Source: Idiomarina loihiensis L2TR
Lineage (GTDB): Bacteria > Pseudomonadota > Gammaproteobacteria > Enterobacterales > Alteromonadaceae
DNA length: 32,000 nucleotides
Direction: 5' to 3'
Assembly (NCBI RefSeq): GCF_000008465.1
Contig: NC_006512.1
Coordinates: 1,290,001 to 1,322,000, forward strand
Shown here: positions 10,252 to 17,760 of the stretch, piece by piece
How positions within the stretch are numbered: position 1 is the first letter of the stretch
Layout of the letters: every line of letters starts with the position of its first letter
Program-made: the position numbers and the translations under genes
The notes under the pieces: model-generated
Told to the model about the DNA's origin: nothing
What the model saw: only the letters and a program-made list of their open reading frames with translations
Databases searched by the model: none

Positions 10252-10322
10252 GAAATTTCCTCTTGGTCACGGCATGCAGGTCGTTTAAGCTACGCATAAG
10301 ACATTATCAAGGAGTAGAGATT

Positions 10323-11357
10323 GTGTCATCTGTTAACACAATAAACCGCATTGCCATTATAACCAGTGGTGGCGATGCCCCCGGTATGAACGCCGCACTC
10401 CGTGCTGTGGTTCTCGCTGCTGAAAACTATGGCATAGAAGTCATGGGATTTCGTCATGGCTATGAAGGCCTGCTGACTAACGACTTTGTAAAACTTGACC
10501 GCGAAGACGTTGAGCACATTTTACAATATTCCGGCACCATTATTAAAAGCGCCCGCAGCGAGCGTTTTAAAAGTGAAGAAGGTGGACGGGAAGCCGCAAC
10601 GAATTTAGACGCACACCAAATTGACGCCTTTATCGTTATTGGCGGCGACGGCTCGTTCCGTGGCGCTGAGCATCTGGCTAATTTCTGGAAAGGTCCTATT
10701 ATAGGCATACCCGGCACCATCGATAATGATCTCTTTGGCACCGATAACACTATTGGCTATGACACAGCAGTAGAAACCGCCATGGATGCGCTGGATAAAA
10801 TCCGCGATACCGCCGAGGCCATGGATCGTGTCTTTATTGTCGAAGTTATGGGGCGCAACGCCGGTTATATCGGTATTAGCAGCGCTATGGCCTGTGGTGC
10901 CGAGCGAATGATTCTGCCAGAGCTGCAAAAGGATAAACCATTAACGGTTGATGCGCTGGTTAAGCACATTGAATCGGTACAGCGTGTTCGCGGCGACTCA
11001 AGCTACGTGATGGTGTTATGCGAAAACCAATGGCCCGGTGGTGCAGTTCGACTTGCGGAACAGTTAGAGGATCGTCTTAACTTACCTTGTCGTCCCTGTT
11101 TACTTGGGCACGTTCAGCGCGGTGGACGCCCTACGGCAATGGATCGTATTTTAGGAACGCGGCTGGGTGTGCATGCGGTTGAACTCGTTCGCCAGGGAAA
11201 AACAGCGGTTATGGCCGGTGTTACAGCGAATGAGCTCAGCGAAACACCATTAATTGACACCTGGACAAAACGTAAAAAGCTCAGTGAAGAGCTCATCAAC
11301 ATTCAACAAAGTCTGTTTAACCCGATCAAAAAAGATCGCAATAAATCGACTCAGTAA
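10323..11357 (+). CDS. pfkA: ATP-dependent 6-phosphofructokinase
   Basis: Motifs RIAIITSGGDAPGMNA, VIGGDGSFRGA, GIPGTIDNDL and MGRNAGYI. A GTG at 10323 preceded by AAGGAG (10309-10314) is preferred to the TTG at 10263. Confidence 0.85.
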   Translation: MSSVNTINRIAIITSGGDAPGMNAALRAVVLAAENYGIEVMGFRHGYEGLLTNDFVKLDREDVEHILQYSGTIIKSARSERFKSEEGGREAATNLDAHQIDAFIVIGGDGSFRGAEHLANFWKGPIIGIPGTIDNDLFGTDNTIGYDTAVETAMDALDKIRDTAEAMDRVFIVEVMGRNAGYIGISSAMACGAERMILPELQKDKPLTVDALVKHIESVQRVRGDSSYVMVLCENQWPGGAVRLAEQLEDRLNLPCRPCLLGHVQRGGRPTAMDRILGTRLGVHAVELVRQGKTAVMAGVTANELSETPLIDTWTKRKKLSEELINIQQSLFNPIKKDRNKSTQ

Positions 11358-11375
11358 GAGAGGTCTGTAACGATA

Positions 11376-12290
11376 ATGCCCCTAACGCCACTACCTGTGC
11401 CATTAAACGACCCGAGCCGCCCATTTTTCGGTTCGCAATACAGCACCGATATACACCCGGGACATACCCATATTCTGGGGTTTGGTTTTGATGGTACCGC
11501 CTGTTTTCGTAAAGGCACCCGCGAAGGGCCTGACGGTTTACGTGCCGTTTCTGAAGACATCGAGTCATACTCGCCGTATCTTGATGCTGACTTAGAAGAC
11601 CAAACCTTCTACGACTTAGGCAACCTGCGATTGGGTTTTGATGACGACGAAGAAAAGCAGTGGCACCATGCGGTTCACGACTTTAATGCTATTTTTGACT
11701 CGCTTGATTTAGCAAAAGAGCAGATTAAACTGCTGACCTTGGGTGGCGAGCATTCTATTTCCTATGCGCCTATCGTTAAATATTTAAAACAATACCCCGA
11801 TATGGTTTTGCTGCATCTGGATGCGCACGCTGATTTACGTGACGGTTTCCTCGGCTACCATTATTCACATGCGTCTATTATTCGTCGTTCAGTCGACCAC
11901 TTTGGTCCTGGCCATGAGTTGATACAGTACGGTATCCGCTCTGGCACGCGCGATGAATATCAGTGGATGAAAGAACACAAAACCATTCGCAGTTCACGCA
12001 AAGACTTTCTCGACAGTGTGGAAGCCATTGCCAAAGACCGCCCGGTTTATCTGACGTTAGATTTGGACTACTTCGATCCTTCTTTTTTACCGGGCACAGG
12101 AACCCCTGAACCCGGCGGCGAGGATTTCCATTCCTTTGTCAGCTTGATGAAACTATTGCGCAAAAAAAACCTGGTCGGTGCCGACGTCGTTGAGTTGTCT
12201 CCACAAATAGACCCAACCGGAAATTCTGACGTATTCGCCGCTAAAATTGTGCGCGAATTATTACTCGTATTACAACAGTCGGGAGCCTGA
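11376..12290 (+). CDS. speB: Agmatinase (arginase/ureohydrolase family)
   Basis: 304 aa with Mn-ligand motifs GGEHS, LDAHADLRD and LDLDYFDP. Its stop is 1 nt before the speA ATG. Confidence 0.85.
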   Translation: MPLTPLPVPLNDPSRPFFGSQYSTDIHPGHTHILGFGFDGTACFRKGTREGPDGLRAVSEDIESYSPYLDADLEDQTFYDLGNLRLGFDDDEEKQWHHAVHDFNAIFDSLDLAKEQIKLLTLGGEHSISYAPIVKYLKQYPDMVLLHLDAHADLRDGFLGYHYSHASIIRRSVDHFGPGHELIQYGIRSGTRDEYQWMKEHKTIRSSRKDFLDSVEAIAKDRPVYLTLDLDYFDPSFLPGTGTPEPGGEDFHSFVSLMKLLRKKNLVGADVVELSPQIDPTGNSDVFAAKIVRELLLVLQQSGA

Positions 12291-12291
12291 G

Positions 12292-14202
12292 ATGTCAGAC
12301 TGGAATATTGATCAAGCAGAAGAGCTCTATGGTGTTAACCGCTGGGGCGCGGGATACTTTTCTATCGGCGAAAACGGCAACATTCAAATTCGGCCGAACC
12401 ACCGCTTACCCGACGTGACCATTGATATGAAAGAAGTGGTGGATGAGATTATTTCGGAAGGCATTCAGTTCCCGGCTGTTATTCGCTTTCACGATATTCT
12501 GCGCTCGCAGGTTGAAATTATTAACGAAACCTTTGGTAAACAGATAGAAGAAGCCAACTACCAGGGGCAGTATTGCGGCGTATTCCCGATTAAAGTTAAC
12601 CAGATGCGGGAAGTGGTCGAAGAAATTATGGACGCCGGCGAACCTTACAATTACGGTCTGGAAGCGGGCTCTAAGCCAGAGTTAATGGCGGTAATGGCGT
12701 ACAACGATAACCCTGAAGCTCTGACCATTCTTAATGGATACAAAGACAAAGATTATCTGACTCTGGCGCTACTTGGCCGCCAACTTAAGCGTAAGATGAT
12801 TATCGTAATTGAGAAGTTCAGCGAGCTGGAAATGCTGATTCCGCTGGCCAAACAAATGGGTGTTAAACCCATGATAGGTCTGCGCTCAAAAATGATGGTA
12901 AAAAGCTCCGGAAAATGGGCTGGCTCCAGTGGTGACAGAGCTAAGTTCGGCCTGAGCATTGCCGAAATTCTGAATGTTATTGAGCGCCTGCGTGAAGAAG
13001 ACATGCTGCATTGCGCTAAGCTACTGCACTTCCATATTGGCAGCCAACTGTCCGATATTCGTAAAATTAAAGAAGCCGTCAACGAAGGCGCTCGGCTGTA
13101 TGCCAAATTAGTACTGGAGGGCATGCCTTTAGAGTACCTCGATATTGGTGGCGGTTTAGGCATTGATTACGACGGCACAAGTACCACCAACGACTCTTCG
13201 CGTAACTATTCAACAGAAGAGTACGTTGCTGACGTTGTCTGGGGCGTGAAGCAAATTTGTGATCTGGAAAAAGTCCCCCACCCTAACTTAGTCAGCGAAA
13301 GCGGCCGCGCTATGACTGCGCATCATAGCTGTGTAGTTACTAACATTGTGGGCGAAATGAAACCCGCGGGCACGCAATACGATATCAGCGCCAGCAGTGA
13401 CGAACACATTTTGGTTAAAAATATGCGCGAACTGCACAGCTCTGGCGACCAGTTCCACCCGCAGGAGCGTTACAACGACGCGGCCGGTTATAAACAAAAT
13501 GCCTATGAAGCTTTTAAACTGGGTATTTTATCGCTGAATGAAATGGCCAAACTGGATACCATGTACTGGCAGATACTGGCAGATATCCACCATTCGCTGG
13601 ATAAAGACACCTATGTAATGCAGGAACTGGAAGAGCTGGAAGACATGCTCGCCAGCCAGTACCTGTGTAACTTTTCGGTGTTCCAGTCAGCGGCAGATAC
13701 CTGGGCCATTGGCCAAGTGCTTCCAGTCGTTCCTATTTCGCGGCTGAACGAACAGCCAGAAGTACGCTGCTCAATTGTCGATATTACCTGCGATAGTGAC
13801 GGTAAACTCAGCAAGTACATTGAAGGCACCGATATTAGCGACCATATTCCCATGCATAACCTGCGCAAAGGCGAAGATTATCATGTTGGTTTATTCCTGA
13901 CCGGCGCTTATCAGGACGTTATGGGTGATATGCATAACCTGTTTGGCCGCTTAACCGAAGTTCATGTGTACTGTCACGACGACGAACCGGGCGACTTTTA
14001 TATTGAAGAAGTAGTGCCGGGCACATCGGCTGAAAAAGTACTGCAAACCATGCAATATAATACCGAGTACATGGCCAAAACCGTGAAAAAACAAATTGAC
14101 CGTCAGGTGAGAAAAGGTTCACTGGCGCCACGCGAAGGTGTCCGCTGGACAAACTTTTACGAGCACTGTTTAGCCGGCAGTACCTATTTACGTGTTGAAT
14201 AA
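12292..14202 (+). CDS. speA: Biosynthetic arginine decarboxylase (PLP-dependent)
   Basis: 636 aa from the ATG at 12292 (MSDWNIDQAEELYGVNRWG, typical SpeA N-terminus). Has the PLP-lysine region FPIKVNQ and the segments HFHIGSQ, GGGLGIDYDG and ESGRA. The 12247 start in the ORF track is an upstream extension into speB. Confidence 0.9.
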   Translation: MSDWNIDQAEELYGVNRWGAGYFSIGENGNIQIRPNHRLPDVTIDMKEVVDEIISEGIQFPAVIRFHDILRSQVEIINETFGKQIEEANYQGQYCGVFPIKVNQMREVVEEIMDAGEPYNYGLEAGSKPELMAVMAYNDNPEALTILNGYKDKDYLTLALLGRQLKRKMIIVIEKFSELEMLIPLAKQMGVKPMIGLRSKMMVKSSGKWAGSSGDRAKFGLSIAEILNVIERLREEDMLHCAKLLHFHIGSQLSDIRKIKEAVNEGARLYAKLVLEGMPLEYLDIGGGLGIDYDGTSTTNDSSRNYSTEEYVADVVWGVKQICDLEKVPHPNLVSESGRAMTAHHSCVVTNIVGEMKPAGTQYDISASSDEHILVKNMRELHSSGDQFHPQERYNDAAGYKQNAYEAFKLGILSLNEMAKLDTMYWQILADIHHSLDKDTYVMQELEELEDMLASQYLCNFSVFQSAADTWAIGQVLPVVPISRLNEQPEVRCSIVDITCDSDGKLSKYIEGTDISDHIPMHNLRKGEDYHVGLFLTGAYQDVMGDMHNLFGRLTEVHVYCHDDEPGDFYIEEVVPGTSAEKVLQTMQYNTEYMAKTVKKQIDRQVRKGSLAPREGVRWTNFYEHCLAGSTYLRVE

Positions 14203-14266
14203 TCCACCGAAACAACCGCTTAATGTGCAATTACTGAGCAAACAGTAGAAAAGGTACAAAAAGCGG

Positions 14267-14295
14267 TTGACTCGAAACTGAAAAAAACGTTTAAT
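14267..14295 (+). promoter_or_regulatory. Putative sigma-70 promoter for tRNA-Phe
   Basis: TTGACT (14267-14272), a 17-nt spacer, then TTTAAT (14290-14295), followed by a GC-rich discriminator (acgcctcg). It ends about 10 nt before the mature tRNA 5' end. Confidence 0.45.
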
Positions 14296-14305
14296 ACGCC
14301 TCGTT

Positions 14306-14381
14306 GCCCGGATAGCTCAGTCGGTAGAGCAGAGGATTGAAAATCCTCGTGTCGGTGGTTCGATTCCGCCTCCGGGCACCA
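14306..14381 (+). tRNA. pheV-like: tRNA-Phe (anticodon GAA)
   Basis: 76 nt, GCCCGGATAGCTCAGTCGGTAGAGCAGAGGATTGAAAATCCTCGTGTCGGTGGTTCGATTCCGCCTCCGGGCACCA. Cloverleaf with GAA in the anticodon loop and an encoded CCA. Near-identical to the enterobacterial tRNA-Phe as I recall it. Confidence 0.95.
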
Positions 14382-14503
14382 CTTCCCCCTCCTTAGTGGT
14401 CCTTATTAGTACTTTAACTCCTTAATAATCAAAGACTTGATCGTAACTTTGGTCTTTTGCAGTCCTTTCGGGTTCAGTAGTATCCAGACTTTTTAGTACA
14501 CTG

Positions 14504-14546
14504 TTTAGTAACACAGAACAAAATACACTAAAGGCGTGTTACTAAA
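14504..14546. repeat. Perfect 11-bp inverted repeat TTTAGTAACAC / GTGTTACTAAA with a third direct half-site copy nearby
   Basis: Arms at 14504-14514 and 14536-14546 with a 21-nt spacer. A related direct copy TTTAGTACAC sits at 14492-14501. The repeat ends immediately before an ATG at 14547. Confidence 0.5.
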
Positions 14547-14565
14547 ATGGCCCGTATAACTAAAC

Positions 14566-14589
14566 GGGTTCTACCCAGATTTTACGGAC
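14566..14589 (+). repeat. IS3-family left inverted repeat
   Basis: GGGTTCTACCCAGATTTTACGGAC. It matches the reverse complement of 15765-15788 at 19 of 24 positions. The first 11 and last 6 positions are identical. Confidence 0.7.
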
Positions 14590-14629
14590 ACATCCATAAA
14601 GAGGCATAATATGCCCATAAGGAGTGTTC

Positions 14630-15772
14630 ATGACCAAACGAAAAAAGTACAGCCCAGAGTTTAAACGTGAAGCCGTAGCGTTGACAAAACAGCCCGGTGT
14701 AAGTTGTCGCCAGGTGGCTATAGAAATCGGTATTAACCCCAATTTGCTCAGCCGTTGGCGGCGTGAAGCCGAGCCATCCTCTAAAGAAGCTTTCAAAGGC
14801 TCAGGTAACCCCCGCGACGAAGAAATGGCGCGGCTTAAACGCGAGAATGCCCGGCTTAAAAAGGAACGGGATTTTTTTGCGAGAAGCGGCAACGTTCTTC
14901 GCAAAAGAGTCGTCCTGAGATATCAGGCGATAGAGCGTTGCCGCGATAAATTTCCGATACGCTTAATGTGTCGATGCCTGCAAGTGTCACCCAGCGGATA
15001 TTACGCCTGGGCAGCACGACCGCCCAGTGCCCGTGATGTGGAAAATCAGCGCATTCTGACCCGCATTAAGGAGATCCACGAGGACAGTGGTGGTGTCATT
15101 GGCGCACCACGTATGCATGAAGATCTGTCTATTGAAGGTGAACGACTGAGTCTGAATCGGGTTGCCCGCTTAATGGCCGTCAATGGCGTTCAGGGCTGGC
15201 CTCGTAAGAAAAGACGAGGCCGAAAGCGACAGGCCGCCAGGCCCGCTGGCCTTAAAAATCATCTGGCACGTGACTTCACAGCGGCAGAGCCTGAAACTAA
15301 ATGGGTCACCGATATTACCGAAGTGACAACCACCGAAGGCAAGTTGTTTCTGTGCGTTGTGCTCGACTTGTACAGCAAGCTGATAGTGGGCTGGTCCATG
15401 CATCACCGTCAGGATCGGTACATGGTCATTCGCGCAGCGGAAATGGCCGTCTGGCAACGAACAGGCAATCAGCCCGTGATTTTACATTCAGATCGCGGGT
15501 CTCAATTTACCAGTGGTGATTATCAGCGTGCTCCCAAATTTAATAACCTGATCAGCAGTATGAGCGCAGTCGGTCATTGCAGCGACAACGCTGCCTGTGA
15601 AGGATTTTTTGGAATACTGAAGCGTGAAAGAGTGAATTACCGCCGCTATCGAACAAGAGATGAAGCACGTTCAGACATCTTTGATTATATTGAACGGTTT
15701 CATAATCCAAGAATGCGTCGTAGACTGGCAAAACAAGATCAGCAGTTTAGTGCGATTTTAAACCGTCCGTGA
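14630..15772 (+). CDS. IS3-family transposase, OrfA and OrfB fused in a single frame
   Basis: The N-terminus [18 protein letters not shown]...LSRWRRE is an IS3/IS911 OrfA-type HTH. The C-terminal part is a DDE integrase core (WVTDITE..., [21 protein letters not shown]). AAGGAG RBS at 14619-14624. See the finding on the T7 run at 14872-14878. Confidence 0.85.
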   Translation: MTKRKKYSPEFKREAVALTKQPGVSCRQVAIEIGINPNLLSRWRREAEPSSKEAFKGSGNPRDEEMARLKRENARLKKERDFFARSGNVLRKRVVLRYQAIERCRDKFPIRLMCRCLQVSPSGYYAWAARPPSARDVENQRILTRIKEIHEDSGGVIGAPRMHEDLSIEGERLSLNRVARLMAVNGVQGWPRKKRRGRKRQAARPAGLKNHLARDFTAAEPETKWVTDITEVTTTEGKLFLCVVLDLYSKLIVGWSMHHRQDRYMVIRAAEMAVWQRTGNQPVILHSDRGSQFTSGDYQRAPKFNNLISSMSAVGHCSDNAACEGFFGILKRERVNYRRYRTRDEARSDIFDYIERFHNPRMRRRLAKQDQQFSAILNRP

Positions 15773-15788
15773 TAAAGGGGTAGAACCC
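15765..15788 (-). repeat. IS3-family right inverted repeat
   Basis: Its reverse complement is GGGTTCTACCCCTTTATCACGGAC, the partner of 14566-14589. Confidence 0.7.
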
Positions 15789-15789
15789 A

Positions 15790-16295
15790 GTACAGATAAA
15801 GCGATACTAACAATATCAAGCTTAGCACTAAGCTTACTTCTCTTCTTAACCAAAGCTCTATGGGATCAATCTGGTTTACAAAGCCACTTCACTCTTAAAT
15901 TGAGTTGGATTTTCTTCGCTTTAACCCTAGCTAGCGTAGTACTTAGCCTCTCACTGTCGGGCGTTATTTATAAACTTAATAGAAGACGATGTGACAAACT
16001 ACTGAACAATCGTTATAACATGATTGAAGCGCTTCAAAATGGTCGCCTCCCTGAGGATAAAAAGGATTTTAAAGACGCTTCTTGTATACGTGTAATCACG
16101 AACCTATTGCACTTCTCAGCTCCTATTTTGCTTTTAGCCGGATTACTCTCTATAGTCTTATTTTTTAATACTAACTTTGAGGTTTTTCAACATGAGTCAA
16201 GCTCCACCAACGGAAAAAGAGCAACCTATCAGGTACCCGGGCCGCCGAGTCCAGGTTCCACCTCCCCCACCTCCACCGAGAAAGCCCGTTCGTGA
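15790..16295 (+). pseudogene. 5'-truncated small multi-pass membrane protein gene abutting the IS right end
   Basis: The frame is open from inside the IS (15762) to 16295. A hydrophobic helix (AILTISSLALSLLLFLT, 15801-15851) lies upstream of any plausible start. The only start the track finds is a TTG at 15900 with no SD. Two further TM-like segments follow. Confidence 0.4.
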
Positions 16296-16326
16296 ATCTC
16301 TTGGAGATGAGAATGGCCGAAAATAA
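16192..16326 (+). CDS. Candidate 44-aa proline-rich basic micro-protein (contains seven consecutive prolines)
   Basis: ATG at 16192 with GAGG 9 nt upstream. Translation: MSQAPPTEKEQPIRYPGRRVQVPPPPPPPRKPVRESLGDENGRK. It overlaps the tail of the 15790-16295 frame. Confidence 0.3.
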   Translation: MSQAPPTEKEQPIRYPGRRVQVPPPPPPPRKPVRESLGDENGRK

Positions 16327-16399
16327 AAGAGTAATCCCCAATCAGGTTCCACCTCCAAAGCCTGCAAGGGTTCCTCCTCCTCAGAAAAAGCCTCATTAA
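16313..16399 (+). CDS. Candidate 28-aa proline-rich basic micro-protein
   Basis: ATG at 16313 with GGAGA upstream. It overlaps the end of the previous micro-ORF by 14 nt. Translation: MAENKRVIPNQVPPPKPARVPPPQKKPH. It shares an in-frame 14-nt repeat (QVPPP) with the previous ORF. Confidence 0.3.
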   Translation: MAENKRVIPNQVPPPKPARVPPPQKKPH

Positions 16400-16650
16400 T
16401 TTTCTTTGAGGGATGGCTATAGGTTAATTTCTACGGCAACATCAGTCCGTTCTGATATCCGTAAGTTCACATAACAAGGGACAAACATCCGATTTCAGTG
16501 AGTTTACTTGTTCCCATTTCCTTATTTTGGGAACGTGCTTAGAAAAGCTTACAGTGCCGTCTAAATATTTAACCTCTATTGATTTAAATCAGGCCTCAAA
16601 AATTTTTTCTATGTTAAGTTAAAAGTCTGTAGCCCAGAGAGATAATCAAC

Positions 16651-17004
16651 ATGAAGATATGTTATCTCATTATTCTGTCAACTTTTTTGCTCACACAAAT
16701 AGCCTTTGAATCAGCGACCGCTTCATGTGACCAATTAATATTTCTCCCGGAAAACGCAACTAAGGAATCAGTTCACACTTTCGTTCCCCGTGGGACTCTT
16801 CCAAAACCTTGTTCATATTGTAAATCCGACTGTTTCAGCTTCTTGAATTGTAGCAATTTTCAAATGATTTCAGTGACTCAAAGCGATAATTTTTTCGATA
16901 CTCCGGTTTTCTTTAATAGCGGTAAGTCATTAATATCCCCCACTACTCTAGTCGGAATTTATAGCCTTCCTTATCGACCTCCTATCAAGCCCTTTTTCGT
17001 TTAA
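16651..17004 (+). CDS. Small secreted Cys-rich protein with a C-terminal YRPPI motif
   Basis: 117 aa. Signal peptide MKICYLIILSTFLLTQIAFESATA, then a Cys cluster (C..CSYCKSDC..C), ending in LPYRPPIKPFFV. Its architecture parallels the ORF at 28769-29098. Confidence 0.55.
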   Translation: MKICYLIILSTFLLTQIAFESATASCDQLIFLPENATKESVHTFVPRGTLPKPCSYCKSDCFSFLNCSNFQMISVTQSDNFFDTPVFFNSGKSLISPTTLVGIYSLPYRPPIKPFFV

Positions 17005-17076
17005 ATAGTAGTCAGGAATTATCTATGACTCTCGTTCCACCCATGATCAATTTTTAAATTCAGACAGAGAAATACT

Positions 17077-17433
17077 ATGAATAACTTAAACACACAAATT
17101 AGATTTTTTTTAATAGTACTTACGACACTACTTTTAAGTGCTTGCAGTAATACGGGCATATATCATGACGTTTTTATGAGAGGTCAAATTGTTGAAAAAA
17201 CGGATCAGAAGATCGTTGTTTGCGTTGGCAGTAAGCATGGCGCATCAATTGATCAAGAATTGAATGTAATTCGATTTAATCCTAAGCTTTCAACTATTGA
17301 GGGAGAAGATCCCTATAAAATGGAAAGGGTAGGTAGGGTTCGTATTAAAGAAATTATCAACGAGCATTTTGCTAGTGTTGAGCTAGTCTCTGGCGAGGTT
17401 AAAGTTAATGATATGGTTGAATTAAAAAAGTAA
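17077..17433 (+). CDS. Small lipoprotein of unknown function
   Basis: 118 aa with a lipobox LLLSAC|S after a hydrophobic signal. Followed by a strong terminator hairpin. Confidence 0.6.
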   Translation: MNNLNTQIRFFLIVLTTLLLSACSNTGIYHDVFMRGQIVEKTDQKIVVCVGSKHGASIDQELNVIRFNPKLSTIEGEDPYKMERVGRVRIKEIINEHFASVELVSGEVKVNDMVELKK

Positions 17434-17445
17434 ACTACCAGTTCC

Positions 17446-17475
17446 AGAGTAGCTCTGCTCAGAGCTACTCTTTTC
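17446..17475 (+). terminator. Rho-independent terminator after the lipoprotein gene
   Basis: Perfect 11-bp stem AGAGTAGCTCT / AGAGCTACTCT with a 4-nt loop (GCTC), followed by TTTT. Confidence 0.65.
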
Positions 17476-17665
17476 ATAAAAAGTGAAGTGACCAAAATAC
17501 AAAACTGAAATTCCACTCGAAACCAGAAAATTTACCGTGAACCATGCTTTCTGTTAACGCCATCATGCTAGAAGGCCAAAAAAGCACGAGTAAAGTGCAG
17601 ATGGACCATACTACAGCAAAGGCGGCGCCAGCTGCTAAACCAAATTTACTTGCATCAAGCTTCAT
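17474..17665 (-). CDS. Small membrane protein (possibly DUF5676-like, possibly C-terminally truncated)
   Basis: Translation: MKLDASKFGLAAGAAFAVVWSICTLLVLFWP..., with one clear TM helix. The ORF runs into the convergent terminator. The family assignment is from memory only. Confidence 0.3.
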   Translation of the reverse strand: MKLDASKFGLAAGAAFAVVWSICTLLVLFWPSSMMALTESMVHGKFSGFEWNFSFVFWSLHFL

Positions 17666-17692
17666 CATTTGTCCTAAAAAATTGCAAAATCA

Positions 17693-17730
17693 AATAAAAA
17701 GCGCGGCTACTTATTCCTATAAATAACCGC
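17693..17730 (-). terminator. Rho-independent terminator closing the minus-strand metal gene train
   Basis: The minus strand reads GCGGTTATTTAT-AGGA-ATAAGTAGCCGC (10 of 12 stem positions pair), followed by GCTTTTTATTT. It lies 31 nt after the stop of the Met-rich gene. Confidence 0.55.
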
Positions 17731-17760
17731 ACTTAATCTTAAGCGAATGCCTTATATCGC

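Larger units (their letters stand above)
14565..15789 (+). mobile_element. IS3-family insertion sequence (about 1.2 kb)
   Basis: Imperfect terminal inverted repeats (19/24 identical) flank an IS3-type transposase. The right end finishes in CA. The left end reads CG rather than the usual TG. No flanking direct repeat was found. Confidence 0.8.

Noticed and set aside
10263-10322. N-terminal extension of pfkA from a TTG (MVTACRSFKLRIRHYQGVEI)
   Set aside because: The extension is not PFK-like. A GTG at 10323 with an AAGGAG SD gives the canonical N-terminus.
12247-12291. N-terminal extension of speA overlapping speB
   Set aside because: The ATG at 12292 gives the conserved MSDWNI... SpeA N-terminus right after the speB stop. 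The extension lies inside speB coding sequence.
12753-13163. 136-aa minus-strand ORF within speA
   Set aside because: It is antisense to a conserved arginine decarboxylase region and its composition is Ser/Pro/Ile-rich filler.
14560-14904. 114-aa minus-strand ORF overlapping the IS left end
   Set aside because: It is antisense to the IS3 orfA region. Arg/Ser-rich reverse-frame ORFs are common in IS elements, and it starts outside the IR.
17544-17726. 60-aa plus-strand ORF
   Set aside because: It is antisense to the small membrane-protein ORF and runs through the minus-strand terminator. It has no SD.
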